This document shows positions 53,857 through 64,000 of a stretch of DNA of 64,000 bases, piece by piece. The stretch comes from Oligoflexales bacterium. GTDB taxonomy: Bacteria; Bdellovibrionota_B; Oligoflexia; Oligoflexales; Bog-1112. The translations under genes and the position numbers were made by a program. Each line of letters starts with the position of its first letter. Within the stretch, counting starts at the first letter, position 1. The notes beneath the pieces are model-generated. The model did not search any database. It was given only the letters and a program-made list of their open reading frames with translations, and had not been told where the DNA came from. The stretch is taken from positions 8,827-72,826 of the forward strand of contig JBGCDR010000074.1 of the NCBI GenBank assembly GCA_045105515.1. Direction: 5' to 3'.

Positions 53857-56340
53857 ATGACCCAAAACAATGTTTTACCGATTAATATTGAACAAGAGAT
53901 AAAATCTTCCTTCTTAGACTATTCCATGAGCGTAATAGTCTCGAGAGCCCTACCCGATGTAAGAGATGGTTTAAAGCCTGTGCATAGACGTATCCTATAT
54001 GCCATGTACGGTCTAAAGAATTATCACAACAAGCCCTACCTGAAATCTGCGCGTATTGTTGGTGATGTAATTGGTAAGTATCACCCACATGGTGATACTG
54101 CCGTTTATGACGCCCTAGTAAGGATGGCCCAAGATTTTTCACTAAGATATATGCTTATTGATGGCCAGGGAAACTTTGGTTCGGTCGATGGTGATAGTGC
54201 GGCAGCTATGCGTTACACTGAATCTCGCATGCAGCAATTTAGTGAGTTCCTGCTAGAAGACTTGGAAAAAGAAACTGTCGACTTTGTACCAAATTACGAC
54301 AACAAGGATGTAGAGCCATCTGTACTACCTGCAAGGGTGCCCCAATTACTCGTCAATGGAGCTTCAGGAATTGCTGTAGGTATGGCCACGAATATTCCTC
54401 CCCACAATCTTGGGGAAATTTTGGCAGGTCTTAGAGCACTTATAGACAACCCTGAAATTTCTATCCGTGAACTCATGGAATATGTAAAAGGCCCAGACTT
54501 TCCCACAGCAGGTGAGATACATGGGGTTAAGGGTATCCAAGAGGCATACCACACTGGGCGTGGCACTGTTGTGATGAGAGCTAAGGCATTTGTCGAAGAA
54601 TCTGGAAAAGGAACCGGGCGCGATCGGATCATCATTAACGAAATTCCTTTTCAGGTTAACAAAGCAAAGTTGATTGAAAAGATTGCTGATTTAGTCCGTA
54701 ACAAGAAACTTGAGGGTATCTCAGATATCAGAGATGAGTCAGCCAAAGCCGACATTAGAGTGGTCATTGACCTTAAAAGGGGTGAAGCTGGAGAGATTAT
54801 ACTTAACAACCTTTACAAAATGACCCCGATGCAAAGCAACTTTGGTGTCAATATGGTCGCCTTGTCCGGCGGTACTCCTAAACTGCTGAACCTCAAAGAC
54901 TTATTAAAAGAGTTTTATCAGCACCGTCGAGAAGTAGTTCTTAGAAGGACTGCGTATTTGCTCCGAAAAGCTCAAGAGAGAGCACATATCTTAATTGGAT
55001 TGAAGGCTGCTGTTGAAAACGCAGATGATGTTGTTGCTTTGATTCGCAAAGCGAAAGATACGCAAACAGCTCAAAGTGAGTTGATGTCTCGTTTCGAGTT
55101 ATCTGAGATCCAAGCAAAAGCCATTTTAGATATGCGATTGGCTCGTTTGACTGGCTTGGAACGAGAAAAAATTATTAAAGAATATGAAGAAGTTAGGAAA
55201 GAAATCGAAGACTATTCGGATATTTTGAATACCCCTGAAAGGGTTACTGAGATTATTTTAGAAGAACTAAAAGAGGTTCAAGAAAAATTCGCTGACGAAA
55301 GAAAAACCAAGGTGCTTGTTAGTGACGCTGATGAGTTTACCATGGAAAGTTTAGTGGCTGATGAGGAAGTCACTGTTACCATGACCCATGCAGGTTATGT
55401 TAAGCGCACCGTTTTATCGGAAATTACTGCTCAAAAAAGGGGGGGTAAAGGCCGCAGCGGTATGCTGATGAAAGAAGACGATTTTGTTACAGATATTTTC
55501 ACTACGACCAACCATCAGTCTTTACTTTGTTTTACTAGTAAAGGTAGAGTTTATAATCTCAAAGTTTATCAGCTACCTGAAGCAGGCCTTCGTAACCGTG
55601 GTAAACACTTTGCGAACCTTATAAAGCTTGAATCAGAAGAAAAAGTGGTTTCTGTTTTGCCAGTATCAGAGTTTGCTGAGGACACTTTCGTATATTCAGT
55701 AACAAAAACAGGATATGTCAAGAAAACTGATCTGATGGCCTACTCTAATGTAAGGACAAATGGAATTATCGGGCTAAAACTTGATGAAGGTGACGCTCTA
55801 GTTCGTTGCGTCCTTGGAAAAGATGGCGAGGATGTCCTTATTGCTACTAGGCTTGGTAAAGCAATCCGTTTTAATGGTCAAGATGTTAGAAAGGTGGGGC
55901 GCGCTTCTCGGGGAGTGACAGGTATCAGATTCTCAGAAAAAACTGATGCGGTAATTGGAATGGAGATCCTCAAACCTGATCCTGATTCAACTGTCTTATC
56001 TGTCTGTGAAAATGGCTATGGTAAGCGTACTCCTCTTGATGAATACCGGCAACAAAGCAGGGGTGGCAAAGGTATTTATACTATAAAGGTCACAGAACGT
56101 AATGGGCCTGTGGTTGGGATCTCTCAGTTGTCTACTGCTGATGACCTAATGATTGTCACTTCCGCCGGTAAGCTTATGCGTTTCAAAGTCAGTGATATTG
56201 GTATCATTGGACGTCATACTCAGGGTGTACGCTTGATGAACGTCACAGGGGATGAGAAAGTAATCAGTGTTTCACGGGTTCCCGTTCTGCCTCAGGAAGA
56301 TGAAGAAGACTCGAGTGACGTTGAAGAAACCGAAGCTTAG
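53857..56340 (+). CDS. gyrA: DNA gyrase subunit A
   Basis: [14 protein letters not shown] and GyrA-box QKRGGKG. Confidence 0.98.
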   Translation: MTQNNVLPINIEQEIKSSFLDYSMSVIVSRALPDVRDGLKPVHRRILYAMYGLKNYHNKPYLKSARIVGDVIGKYHPHGDTAVYDALVRMAQDFSLRYMLIDGQGNFGSVDGDSAAAMRYTESRMQQFSEFLLEDLEKETVDFVPNYDNKDVEPSVLPARVPQLLVNGASGIAVGMATNIPPHNLGEILAGLRALIDNPEISIRELMEYVKGPDFPTAGEIHGVKGIQEAYHTGRGTVVMRAKAFVEESGKGTGRDRIIINEIPFQVNKAKLIEKIADLVRNKKLEGISDIRDESAKADIRVVIDLKRGEAGEIILNNLYKMTPMQSNFGVNMVALSGGTPKLLNLKDLLKEFYQHRREVVLRRTAYLLRKAQERAHILIGLKAAVENADDVVALIRKAKDTQTAQSELMSRFELSEIQAKAILDMRLARLTGLEREKIIKEYEEVRKEIEDYSDILNTPERVTEIILEELKEVQEKFADERKTKVLVSDADEFTMESLVADEEVTVTMTHAGYVKRTVLSEITAQKRGGKGRSGMLMKEDDFVTDIFTTTNHQSLLCFTSKGRVYNLKVYQLPEAGLRNRGKHFANLIKLESEEKVVSVLPVSEFAEDTFVYSVTKTGYVKKTDLMAYSNVRTNGIIGLKLDEGDALVRCVLGKDGEDVLIATRLGKAIRFNGQDVRKVGRASRGVTGIRFSEKTDAVIGMEILKPDPDSTVLSVCENGYGKRTPLDEYRQQSRGGKGIYTIKVTERNGPVVGISQLSTADDLMIVTSAGKLMRFKVSDIGIIGRHTQGVRLMNVTGDEKVISVSRVPVLPQEDEEDSSDVEETEA

Positions 56341-56378
56341 ATTCATGTTTACTGGCTCGCTTTCGGGAGATAACGGTA

Positions 56379-57449
56379 ATGGAAAGCACCAGCCAATCCT
56401 TTATTAACTCTGCTCACGCCCTTAGTCGTCCTCACTTTGAATCAGGACACTTTACTCATGTGCACTTCCAGTGCGGAAATTTGCTTGTACCTGAGTCCTG
56501 GGCCCGTTTTTCTTTGAGCCAAAGCCCCTTGAGTCGTTATGATCTTGCGAGCATTACGAAAGCTCTGGTTACAAGTCCACTAGTATTCTGGAGCCTCGTG
56601 AAGAGCAACAAAAAGCTGTCTTGTAGCCTTAAGGAATGGATTGGTACCACTACCACGAAATTTTCTGAAAAGATTCTTAACTTGTCAGTTTTGAGCCTTT
56701 TATCTCACCGAAGTGGTCTTCCCGATTGGCAATGCTTGTGGGCAGTATGTTTGGATGAGCAATTTCAAACCCTAAGACCACGGGACCGTCTTTATTACCG
56801 TTTGAACGAACTAGCCAAAGATTGTTCTCTTCCTGGGAAATATGTTTACAGTGACATTGGTTTTATAATTCTTGGGATGTGTCTCGAGGAAAAATATGGG
56901 CAAAATCTTGATAGGCTATTTCGTAACTTAATTTCTGAAATGGGTTTGCCTACAAGCACTCTAAGTTTTAATCTCGATAAAACTCAAAGATACCAATCTA
57001 TACCCGTTGGGTATTGCCCTGTTCGCAAGAGAGTTTTAGTTGGTGAGGTTCATGACGAAAATGCATCGATTTTAAATGGGCTTATGGGTCATGCTGGACT
57101 ATTTGGAACTACTGAGGATATAGCTAAATTTTTAGCCGCTATGATGAATACAGATTGGGGAAATTGGCTATTAAAAGAGAATTCACTGCGGTGTAGTAGT
57201 GAAGATAAAATGCTTGGCCTCTGTGGCTGGCATCAAGGGCGAGGTGATAGCTCAAGAGACTTTTTGAAAGGAAGTACTATTGGGCACTTAGGCTTCACTG
57301 GGACTGCATTTTGGCTAGATCCCAAATCCCACCTTTATGGAGTTCTTCTTTCTAATCGTATCATCCATGGGCGCATAAGCCCTTGGATTACTGAGTTTCG
57401 TTCTAAGTCGTTTTCTCTTATGGGTAAGTATTTAGGTTCACTACTTTGA
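56379..57449 (+). CDS. Serine hydrolase, beta-lactamase/class C-like family
   Basis: DLASITK (SxxK), LLSHRSGLP, YSDIGF, GEVHDENA, GHAGLF and GHLGFTGT motifs. Confidence 0.88.
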   Translation: MESTSQSFINSAHALSRPHFESGHFTHVHFQCGNLLVPESWARFSLSQSPLSRYDLASITKALVTSPLVFWSLVKSNKKLSCSLKEWIGTTTTKFSEKILNLSVLSLLSHRSGLPDWQCLWAVCLDEQFQTLRPRDRLYYRLNELAKDCSLPGKYVYSDIGFIILGMCLEEKYGQNLDRLFRNLISEMGLPTSTLSFNLDKTQRYQSIPVGYCPVRKRVLVGEVHDENASILNGLMGHAGLFGTTEDIAKFLAAMMNTDWGNWLLKENSLRCSSEDKMLGLCGWHQGRGDSSRDFLKGSTIGHLGFTGTAFWLDPKSHLYGVLLSNRIIHGRISPWITEFRSKSFSLMGKYLGSLL

Positions 57450-58570
57450 TAAAAAAAATTACAATTATTGGCCGAGGAGTCATAGGACTTGCCAGTGCGT
57501 TCGAGCTGATACAACGAGGTGTAAAGGTTCAGGTAATTGGTCCGTCAAAAACTACAGGAGTAGCCTCTTACGCAGCTGTAGGGATTAGTTCAATCAAGGG
57601 GTTGAGAGTTGCACGAGATGACTTTTTTCGTGAAAAGATTGCAGGACACGAAGGTTTTCCTGGATTTTTGCGCAGAGTTTCAAAATGTTCCGGAATTGAG
57701 GTCCCAATTGTTAGCGGAGTGAGTGAGTATTTTAAGGACCTCAACCACTATCAAAAAATAAATGAAAGAACCTACCATGGTGAGTTTAAAGGTCTTTTAA
57801 AAACTCAGATTCAAAACTCTTATGAGTTAAATCGATATAGAATCTTATCTACACATCACGGTATGTCTCATTTGTTTGGTGCTTTTTATTATGCTGATGA
57901 CCTTTGGTTTCACCCTACAACTCTACTTGAGGCACTTGAGTTGGCTATATTGAAACTTGGTGGTAAAATTGAAGAAGAGCAAGTCATGCGTATTATCCCT
58001 TATAAAGATAAGAGCTTCAAAATTGAGGGCTGCGATAGGGTGTTTTTTTGTGATGACCTCGTTCTAGCATGTGGTGAGTACACACCAAGATTGCTTGATA
58101 ATCTTAGTAAGGATTATTTTCCTTTTCTTAGAGTAAGTGGCCAGACGCTCGTTGCTACTAATCCCACGAGTGCTAAAGAAACTTTTAGAATAGGACGCAA
58201 AGCCCTTTCAATTAATGGACCTCTGCTAAGATATGGTTCAATCGACTTTGAGAAGAATCTTATTCCTACAGAAAAGGACTTGGTAAGAGGAAAAAGTAAG
58301 CTAATTAATGAGCTTTCTGAGGATTTTTCCATAAAGGTTTGCTCTCAAAGTTCCAAATTTCTTTGGGGAACTCGTTTAGCTTTAAAGGACCGTAGACCAA
58401 TTATCGGAAAGGTTCCGTTCTTAAATGGTCGAGGATTGTGGATGAGCTGTGGATATCACAAAAACGGCTTTAATTTAGCAGAATTAGCTGCAAAAGCACT
58501 GGCTGATCAACTGCTTGGTTTACAAACAAACAAAGCTAAATTTTATTCGCTCTCCAGGTTTGTCCAGTAA
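57446..58570 (+). CDS. FAD-dependent oxidoreductase (DAO/glycine oxidase family)
   Basis: IIGRGVIGL FAD motif, ASYAAVG, GTR...DRRPIIG and GYHKNG. Confidence 0.85.
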   Translation: MIKKITIIGRGVIGLASAFELIQRGVKVQVIGPSKTTGVASYAAVGISSIKGLRVARDDFFREKIAGHEGFPGFLRRVSKCSGIEVPIVSGVSEYFKDLNHYQKINERTYHGEFKGLLKTQIQNSYELNRYRILSTHHGMSHLFGAFYYADDLWFHPTTLLEALELAILKLGGKIEEEQVMRIIPYKDKSFKIEGCDRVFFCDDLVLACGEYTPRLLDNLSKDYFPFLRVSGQTLVATNPTSAKETFRIGRKALSINGPLLRYGSIDFEKNLIPTEKDLVRGKSKLINELSEDFSIKVCSQSSKFLWGTRLALKDRRPIIGKVPFLNGRGLWMSCGYHKNGFNLAELAAKALADQLLGLQTNKAKFYSLSRFVQ

Positions 58571-58687
58571 CCTTGGTTTTTTTGTATAATAAATAATCAC
58601 AAGCAGCTTTAGTCTTTCAATATATATCACTTTGAAATCACTACAAAAAAATTATAGATAGAGTAAGGAGCGAATTTAATCCCCAGC

Positions 58688-58707
58688 TTATCCACAAGTT
58701 ATCCACA
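58688..58707. promoter_or_regulatory. Tandem perfect DnaA boxes
   Basis: TTATCCACA-AG-TTATCCACA in a convergent intergenic gap. Confidence 0.8.
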
Positions 58708-58722
58708 GGTTGTGAAAGAAAT

Positions 58723-59814
58723 TTAAAAACCAACGTAGGCACCAACTGCAAATTCAAGAGCAATAGTACCTTTGTCGAATTTTAGTGAAGTTAAAACATC
58801 ATCTTCAACGTTCAAGACTTTACCACCATTTGTGAGATCATTTTGATACAATGTTTGCTCAGTTCCTAAAGCAGTTAATGGTATCATGACATTTAATCCG
58901 ATAGATAATCCTACTGGGTCAAAATAGGGATCCCACCTTATAGGTATACGTAAAGAAACTATATTGGTCGAACCATCCAAAATATAGATGTCTTCATCTG
59001 GAATTTCCAAATAGTCATCTAATCTAGTGCCAACAAGCGACAAAGTCGTGGCATCTATGTCGACTCCCAAGCCAAATGAAAACGAAGAAAAGCGAAACGC
59101 ATATTCTAAGTAGCCACCCATAGCTTCAGCACTTAAAGAAGTAAACATATATATATTTGGTTGAGTAGCATCATAATCGGACTCTGCCCTAAAAGTTTGG
59201 TAAGACTTATAGTGTGCTCCTAACCTGATACCTAGATTTCGTAGTTCGAATTCAGCTCCACCGCTTAAAAAGATACTAGAATTTTGACCTTCAGAATATA
59301 AACCTTCACTTCTCCATAAAGACTCCCCTCCACGCTCCGTATGGGCACCGTCATAAGTTAGAAGGTTATACGATGCTGGCGTAAGAGGAGCTATGTATGG
59401 AAGATATAGAGCTCTGAATGCATAATCGTAGTTTGATTTTCCTGTTTCTTGGTTCGAATATCGGCTTCTTGAAACAGACTCAGTTCGATAATTTCTTGAA
59501 GACTTGTTGTATCGTTTCTTTTTCATTTTTAACTTGAACTTTGCTAAATAACCTTGTTTTATTTTTTTAATTTTCTTAACTTTTATGAGAGCTTTTTTTG
59601 GCCTTATTCTGTTTACCTGACCACAAGCAATCTTCTTACTTCCTCTATAGAAGCATATTTTTGAACCCGTTTTTAAGCCATCTTCCCTACCCGCGTTAAT
59701 TAGTACTAACTTTTTCTTCGTAAGTATTCTTTTTACTCTGGCTGTATTTGCGAATGCATCAATTGCGATTAGTATTGCGGTAAAGTATATGCCGACCTTT
59801 AAAAGATCATTCAT
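58723..59814 (-). CDS. Exported protein with a Lys-rich N-terminal domain and a probable outer-membrane beta-barrel C-terminus
   Basis: Signal peptide ending AFA; LINAGREDGLKTG; alternating beta strands; terminal GAYVGF. Confidence 0.7.
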   Translation of the reverse strand: MNDLLKVGIYFTAILIAIDAFANTARVKRILTKKKLVLINAGREDGLKTGSKICFYRGSKKIACGQVNRIRPKKALIKVKKIKKIKQGYLAKFKLKMKKKRYNKSSRNYRTESVSRSRYSNQETGKSNYDYAFRALYLPYIAPLTPASYNLLTYDGAHTERGGESLWRSEGLYSEGQNSSIFLSGGAEFELRNLGIRLGAHYKSYQTFRAESDYDATQPNIYMFTSLSAEAMGGYLEYAFRFSSFSFGLGVDIDATTLSLVGTRLDDYLEIPDEDIYILDGSTNIVSLRIPIRWDPYFDPVGLSIGLNVMIPLTALGTEQTLYQNDLTNGGKVLNVEDDVLTSLKFDKGTIALEFAVGAYVGF

Positions 59815-60026
59815 TGCGAGCCCTTAGTCGATCCATCGATTAAAATCGAGCACTTTAGAGGTTGGTTTAGTAGAGGATCGTTTCCAACCATTGTACCATT
59901 TAGCTGCCGTATTATAAATATGGAGATGAATGTAAACCTACTGAAAAATTGACCAATTGGCCATAATTACCGGTATTGTTGTAACAAGATAAATAGCCAG
60001 TATTTTAGGATATTACATTTGCAAAC

Positions 60027-60055
60027 TTGACCAATTTCCTCGATCCAACTAGGAT
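60027..60055 (+). promoter_or_regulatory. Probable pyrG promoter
   Basis: TTGACC-N17-TAGGAT, followed by TCCG at positions 6-9 after the -10 hexamer. Confidence 0.55.
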
Positions 60056-60131
60056 GTAATTCCGAGTTAGCTCGGGTCTCTCATGCTATCACCCGATCAT
60101 TGTCAAATCTTAAAATTTAAGCGTGTTTTTT

Positions 60132-61745
60132 ATGTCAACTTCTAGGCATCATACCAAGTTTATTTTTGTAACAGGGGGAGTGGTATCCTCTTTAGGAAAA
60201 GGTATCATCGCAGCTAGTGTGGGAGCCTTATTAGAGAAACGGGGGCTTAAGGTTAGTTTAAGTAAAGCTGATCCTTATATTAATGTCGACCCCGGGACTA
60301 TGAGCCCAATCCAGCATGGAGAGGTTTTTGTTACCGAGGATGGAGCTGAAACTGATTTAGACCTCGGTCATTATGAGCGGTTTACCCGCGCTAATTTAAA
60401 TCGTTATAATAGTTTTTCAACGGGTCAAGTATATGACGCAGTTCTTGCGAAGGAGCGCAGAGGCGACTACCTTGGTGGAACTGTTCAAGTTGTGCCCCAC
60501 GTTACCAGTCAAATTAAAGAAAATATTTTTAGAGCCTCGGAAGGTGCTGATATCTCCATAATTGAAATTGGAGGTACTGTTGGGGATATCGAGGGGCAAC
60601 CTTATTTGGAGACTATAAGACAAATTCGTTATGATCTCGGGGCTGAAAATGTGTTATGTATCCACCTAACTCTTGTCCCTTATATTGCTGCTGCAAAAGA
60701 ATTAAAAACAAAGCCTACTCAACACTCAGTAAAAGAAATGCGGTCGATTGGTATTCAGCCAGACATATTGGTATGCAGAGCAGACAGAACCGTTTCAGAT
60801 GAACTTCTTGCGAAAATAGCCTTGTTTTGCAATGTTCCTAAAGATCACGTTATAGAGGCCCAAGACATTGATAGCATCTATAAATTACCTCTTGTCATGC
60901 ACGAACAGGGCCTTGATCAGACTATTGTTGACCGGTTAAACATTTGGACTAGGCAACCAGACCTTCGGGAATGGCATGAGATTGTTGATAGGTTAGAAAA
61001 CCCTAAAGGGCTTACTAAAGTAGGCATCGTTGGAAAATACACCGATGTTGTTGATTCCTATAAATCAATAGATGAATCTTTAATTCATGCTGGGATAGCG
61101 AATAAATGTGAAGTTAAGATCGAGTACTTAGATGCGGAAGAGATTGAAACTTTACCTTGCGATGCTTCTTTGGGTCGTTTTGACGCAATTATTGTTCCCG
61201 GCGGTTTTGGTGGTCGAGGTATTTTAGGAAAGTTAAAGGCTATTCAATATGCTCGTGAGCAGGGTATACCCTTTTTAGGAATCTGTTTGGGACTGCAATT
61301 AGCTGCAATAGAATTTGCTAGGAATGTGATAGGAAAAAACGATGCGAATAGCTTTGAGTTTAACCCAAAGGCACAAGATTTAGTTATTCACCTAATGGAC
61401 TCGCAAAAAGAAGTCACTGAAATGGGTGGAACAATGCGCCTAGGTGCATACCCCTGCCAGCTCACTGTAGAATCAAACTCTTTTTCAGCTTATCAAAAAA
61501 ATGAGGTTTCTGAACGTCATAGGCACCGTTATGAGTTTAACAATGCTTATAGGCAAGTATTTAGTGATAATGGAGTTTGCTTTAGTGGTTTATCCCCAGA
61601 TGGTCTATTAGTTGAGATTATGGAAGTTAAGGACCATCCATGGTTTGTGGCTTGTCAGTTTCATCCAGAACTTAAGAGCAAGCCTATGGAATCACACCCT
61701 CTATTTAGGGAATTAATTGCTCATGCAAAAAAACGAAGAGACTAG
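60132..61745 (+). CDS. pyrG: CTP synthase
   Basis: [39 protein letters not shown] and QFHPE motifs. Confidence 0.98.
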   Translation: MSTSRHHTKFIFVTGGVVSSLGKGIIAASVGALLEKRGLKVSLSKADPYINVDPGTMSPIQHGEVFVTEDGAETDLDLGHYERFTRANLNRYNSFSTGQVYDAVLAKERRGDYLGGTVQVVPHVTSQIKENIFRASEGADISIIEIGGTVGDIEGQPYLETIRQIRYDLGAENVLCIHLTLVPYIAAAKELKTKPTQHSVKEMRSIGIQPDILVCRADRTVSDELLAKIALFCNVPKDHVIEAQDIDSIYKLPLVMHEQGLDQTIVDRLNIWTRQPDLREWHEIVDRLENPKGLTKVGIVGKYTDVVDSYKSIDESLIHAGIANKCEVKIEYLDAEEIETLPCDASLGRFDAIIVPGGFGGRGILGKLKAIQYAREQGIPFLGICLGLQLAAIEFARNVIGKNDANSFEFNPKAQDLVIHLMDSQKEVTEMGGTMRLGAYPCQLTVESNSFSAYQKNEVSERHRHRYEFNNAYRQVFSDNGVCFSGLSPDGLLVEIMEVKDHPWFVACQFHPELKSKPMESHPLFRELIAHAKKRRD

Positions 61746-62769
61746 ATCTAGATTCGGAGGGGCTGTTGTAAGCACAGCACCATTTGATGCCCATTCTCTG
61801 TGTGAGGATGAATTGCTTGCATGGGGCAAAGAAGTCCTTCTAAAAGAAAGTGACGCTATCAGGGAAGCGGGTTGTAGGCTTGGCATATCGTTCTCGACAG
61901 CTGTTAAAATGATATTGTCTTGTTCTGGCAAGGTGGTGGTTACTGCTCTTGGAAAATCGGGACATGTGGCGGCAAAAGTGGCTGCTACTTTATCAAGCAC
62001 AGGAACTCCTGCAACTTTTTTACATGCCTCAGAAGCTCTTCACGGTGACTTTGGGATGATTAACCACAACGATATGCTTTTGGCAATTGCATTTGGAGGA
62101 GAAACTCGCGAGGTTCTTGCTGTTTGCAAGTTTGCTCGCCGCTTCGGCTTAAAAGTTATTGGAATTACCGGTAAGCTTGATTCTAGTTTAGTTGAACTAA
62201 CGGACGAGTTGCTTGATGCAAGTATTACTCAGGAAGCAGATACTCTGGGTTTGGCTCCAACATCATCGACCTCGGTTTCTTTGGCAATAGGGGATGCTCT
62301 TGCGGTCGCCTTGATGAAAGCTAGGGGTTTTAAAGAGGAACATTTTGCCCAGTTACACCCTGGTGGTAGTCTAGGCAAAGCCTTAGTGCAAGTGGAGGAA
62401 TTGATGCATAGTAGAGACGCCATTTCTAAGGTTCTGCCTGATGCGGACTTCCATACAGTACTTAAAGCTGTCACCTCTCGTAACTTTGGGATTGTTGCTG
62501 TGACAAATGGTGGTGGCCAAATTGAAGGCTCTGTGACAGATGGTGACTTAAGACGAGCATTGCTCAAGTATGGCGGTAGTGCATTAAACATGCATGCAGC
62601 GGAACTTATGAATTCAAGTCCGAAAACGGTGCCAGTGGATTTAAAAGCTGTAGATGTTATTAGTATTATGGAAAAACATAAAATTACCTCTTTATTCGTA
62701 ACGAATGAGCAAGATAAATTGTTAGGTCTAGTAAGGCTGCATGACTTACTTTCAGCTAAAATTGTCTGA
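61723..62769 (+). CDS. kdsD: Arabinose-5-phosphate isomerase (SIS plus CBS domains)
   Basis: [28 protein letters not shown] and TDGDLRR motifs; start uncertain. Confidence 0.92.
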   Translation: MQKNEETRSRFGGAVVSTAPFDAHSLCEDELLAWGKEVLLKESDAIREAGCRLGISFSTAVKMILSCSGKVVVTALGKSGHVAAKVAATLSSTGTPATFLHASEALHGDFGMINHNDMLLAIAFGGETREVLAVCKFARRFGLKVIGITGKLDSSLVELTDELLDASITQEADTLGLAPTSSTSVSLAIGDALAVALMKARGFKEEHFAQLHPGGSLGKALVQVEELMHSRDAISKVLPDADFHTVLKAVTSRNFGIVAVTNGGGQIEGSVTDGDLRRALLKYGGSALNMHAAELMNSSPKTVPVDLKAVDVISIMEKHKITSLFVTNEQDKLLGLVRLHDLLSAKIV

Positions 62770-62897
62770 TTTTGAGCTGATACTTCGAAGGTAATCTGTA
62801 GGCAACTCTCCTATCAGTTCATATCTATTTTAAGAATTCTCCCCTAGCACCGATATCCTTTTAGTCTAATTATGTTTTCTCAAAATATTGAGACTCT

Positions 62898-63872
62898 ATG
62901 GACGATGCTGGGCAAAAAATTCAAAAAAAGGAGGCGAAAACCGGCTCCCTTGCTGTAACTTTATTAAAATACATTGCTGGCCTTTACACACTTGTCACGG
63001 TTTTTTTGACTGTGTGGCAATTAATTTCTGAGTTTAACCACGTCTCCGATAATATTACATCAGAATTAAATGGGTTTAGGAAAACTTTCGAACCTGCTAT
63101 AGCTGTGTCCATGTGGAATTTAGATGACGATGCGCTTAGACAATCTTTGATTGGAATGAATAAAATTGATTCCATTGTTGGTGTCAGAATTGATGGTATT
63201 GCCCCTCATATAGTAAATGATGCTCAATTAGAAAATATCAAAATCGTTGATTACAATGCTCAAAAAATTGAGGAGCAATTCTTCATTGGTATGACTAATG
63301 ATCATGAAGAAAAGGTTGTTTTTTACAATGAGGAAGGAGAAAAGGAAGATAGAGAACAAGGTCAATTGAATGATGAATATGGCCAGTTACTGTTAGTAAA
63401 ATTTCCCATTCTTTATTTTAATGAAGAAGATGATGAGACTTATTTAGTAGGGTATACTCATTTATACTCTGGTTCTTCCGTGGTTTTTAATCGTGTAAAG
63501 TATGGGTTCTTTCTTATCATTCTAAATTCTGTAATAAAAACTCTAGCATTATGGCTAATCTTTCTATTCTTCATAAAAAAATTAGTCTCAAATCCTCTAA
63601 AAAGACTTAAAATTGAGGCCCATAATTTCAACCCTGAAAACAAAGATTTCAGTTTTTCATCGGAATCGTTAAAAAATTCTGGTTTGTTGAAACGTCTGGA
63701 TGAATTAGGTTCTTTAGCATCTAGCCTCGAATCCATGCGAACGGCACTTCTTACAAGAGACAAAAAAATACTTGATTACTCAGAAAACCTTGAAAAAAAA
63801 GTGCAAGAGAGAACTGTACAGCTAAAACAAAAATCCAAAGATGTTCAAAATATGCTTGAAACTGGCATCTAG
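62898..63872 (+). CDS. Membrane sensor with a HAMP domain and no output domain (possibly truncated)
   Basis: Two TM helices around an extracytoplasmic domain, NPLKRL...DELGSLA HAMP, LEKKVQERT signalling helix, then a stop. Confidence 0.7.
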   Translation: MDDAGQKIQKKEAKTGSLAVTLLKYIAGLYTLVTVFLTVWQLISEFNHVSDNITSELNGFRKTFEPAIAVSMWNLDDDALRQSLIGMNKIDSIVGVRIDGIAPHIVNDAQLENIKIVDYNAQKIEEQFFIGMTNDHEEKVVFYNEEGEKEDREQGQLNDEYGQLLLVKFPILYFNEEDDETYLVGYTHLYSGSSVVFNRVKYGFFLIILNSVIKTLALWLIFLFFIKKLVSNPLKRLKIEAHNFNPENKDFSFSSESLKNSGLLKRLDELGSLASSLESMRTALLTRDKKILDYSENLEKKVQERTVQLKQKSKDVQNMLETGI

Positions 63873-64000
63873 GACCTAATCTGTAGAAAGATCCTCTAAA
63901 ATTGATTTATGACAGAGTTTCCGATGATTTTAATTATGTAAAAAAAATCACGGCGGTGTCGGTGTCTATATTTACCGCCAACACAATGCCGATCTTTAGA

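Noticed and set aside
56268..56283. parS-like half site TGTTTCACG inside gyrA
   Set aside because: The second half (GGTTCCC) does not match, so it is not palindromic

Overview
AT-rich bacterial chromosome segment that spans the replication origin. Gene content and order (parAB next to atpF'F, separate atpZ/I-B-E, acidic LysM lipoprotein, DUF4360-like protein) suggest a Bdellovibrionota/Oligoflexia-like or other former deltaproteobacterial lineage; this is inference, not a database result. Left part (1-19.5 kb): mixed accessory genes, including an HTH regulator fused to a degenerate ImmA/IrrE peptidase, a secreted Cys-repeat protein, UbiD, a TLC/NTT ATP/ADP translocase, Maf, threonine aldolase, RapA, ApaG, dCMP deaminase, RibD, a class III aminotransferase, a CPBP protease and a LysM lipoprotein. 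Middle (20-35.3 kb): dcw cluster lacking mraZ, murG, murB and ddl, interrupted by an antisense NUDIX gene. Then the F1Fo ATP synthase genes, split by parA-parB and two parS sites and running divergently from dnaA. oriC lies between dnaA and dnaN (DnaA boxes, GC motif, DnaA-trios, AT-rich unwinding region). Right part: gyrB-gyrA, a serine hydrolase, an FAD oxidoreductase, an orphan DnaA-box pair, pyrG, kdsD and a HAMP protein with no output domain. Most notable: an energy-parasite-type ATP/ADP translocase, a candidate CTP-sensing start-site switch in the pyrG leader, and the unusual origin architecture. I saw no rRNA, tRNA, CRISPR or IS element.
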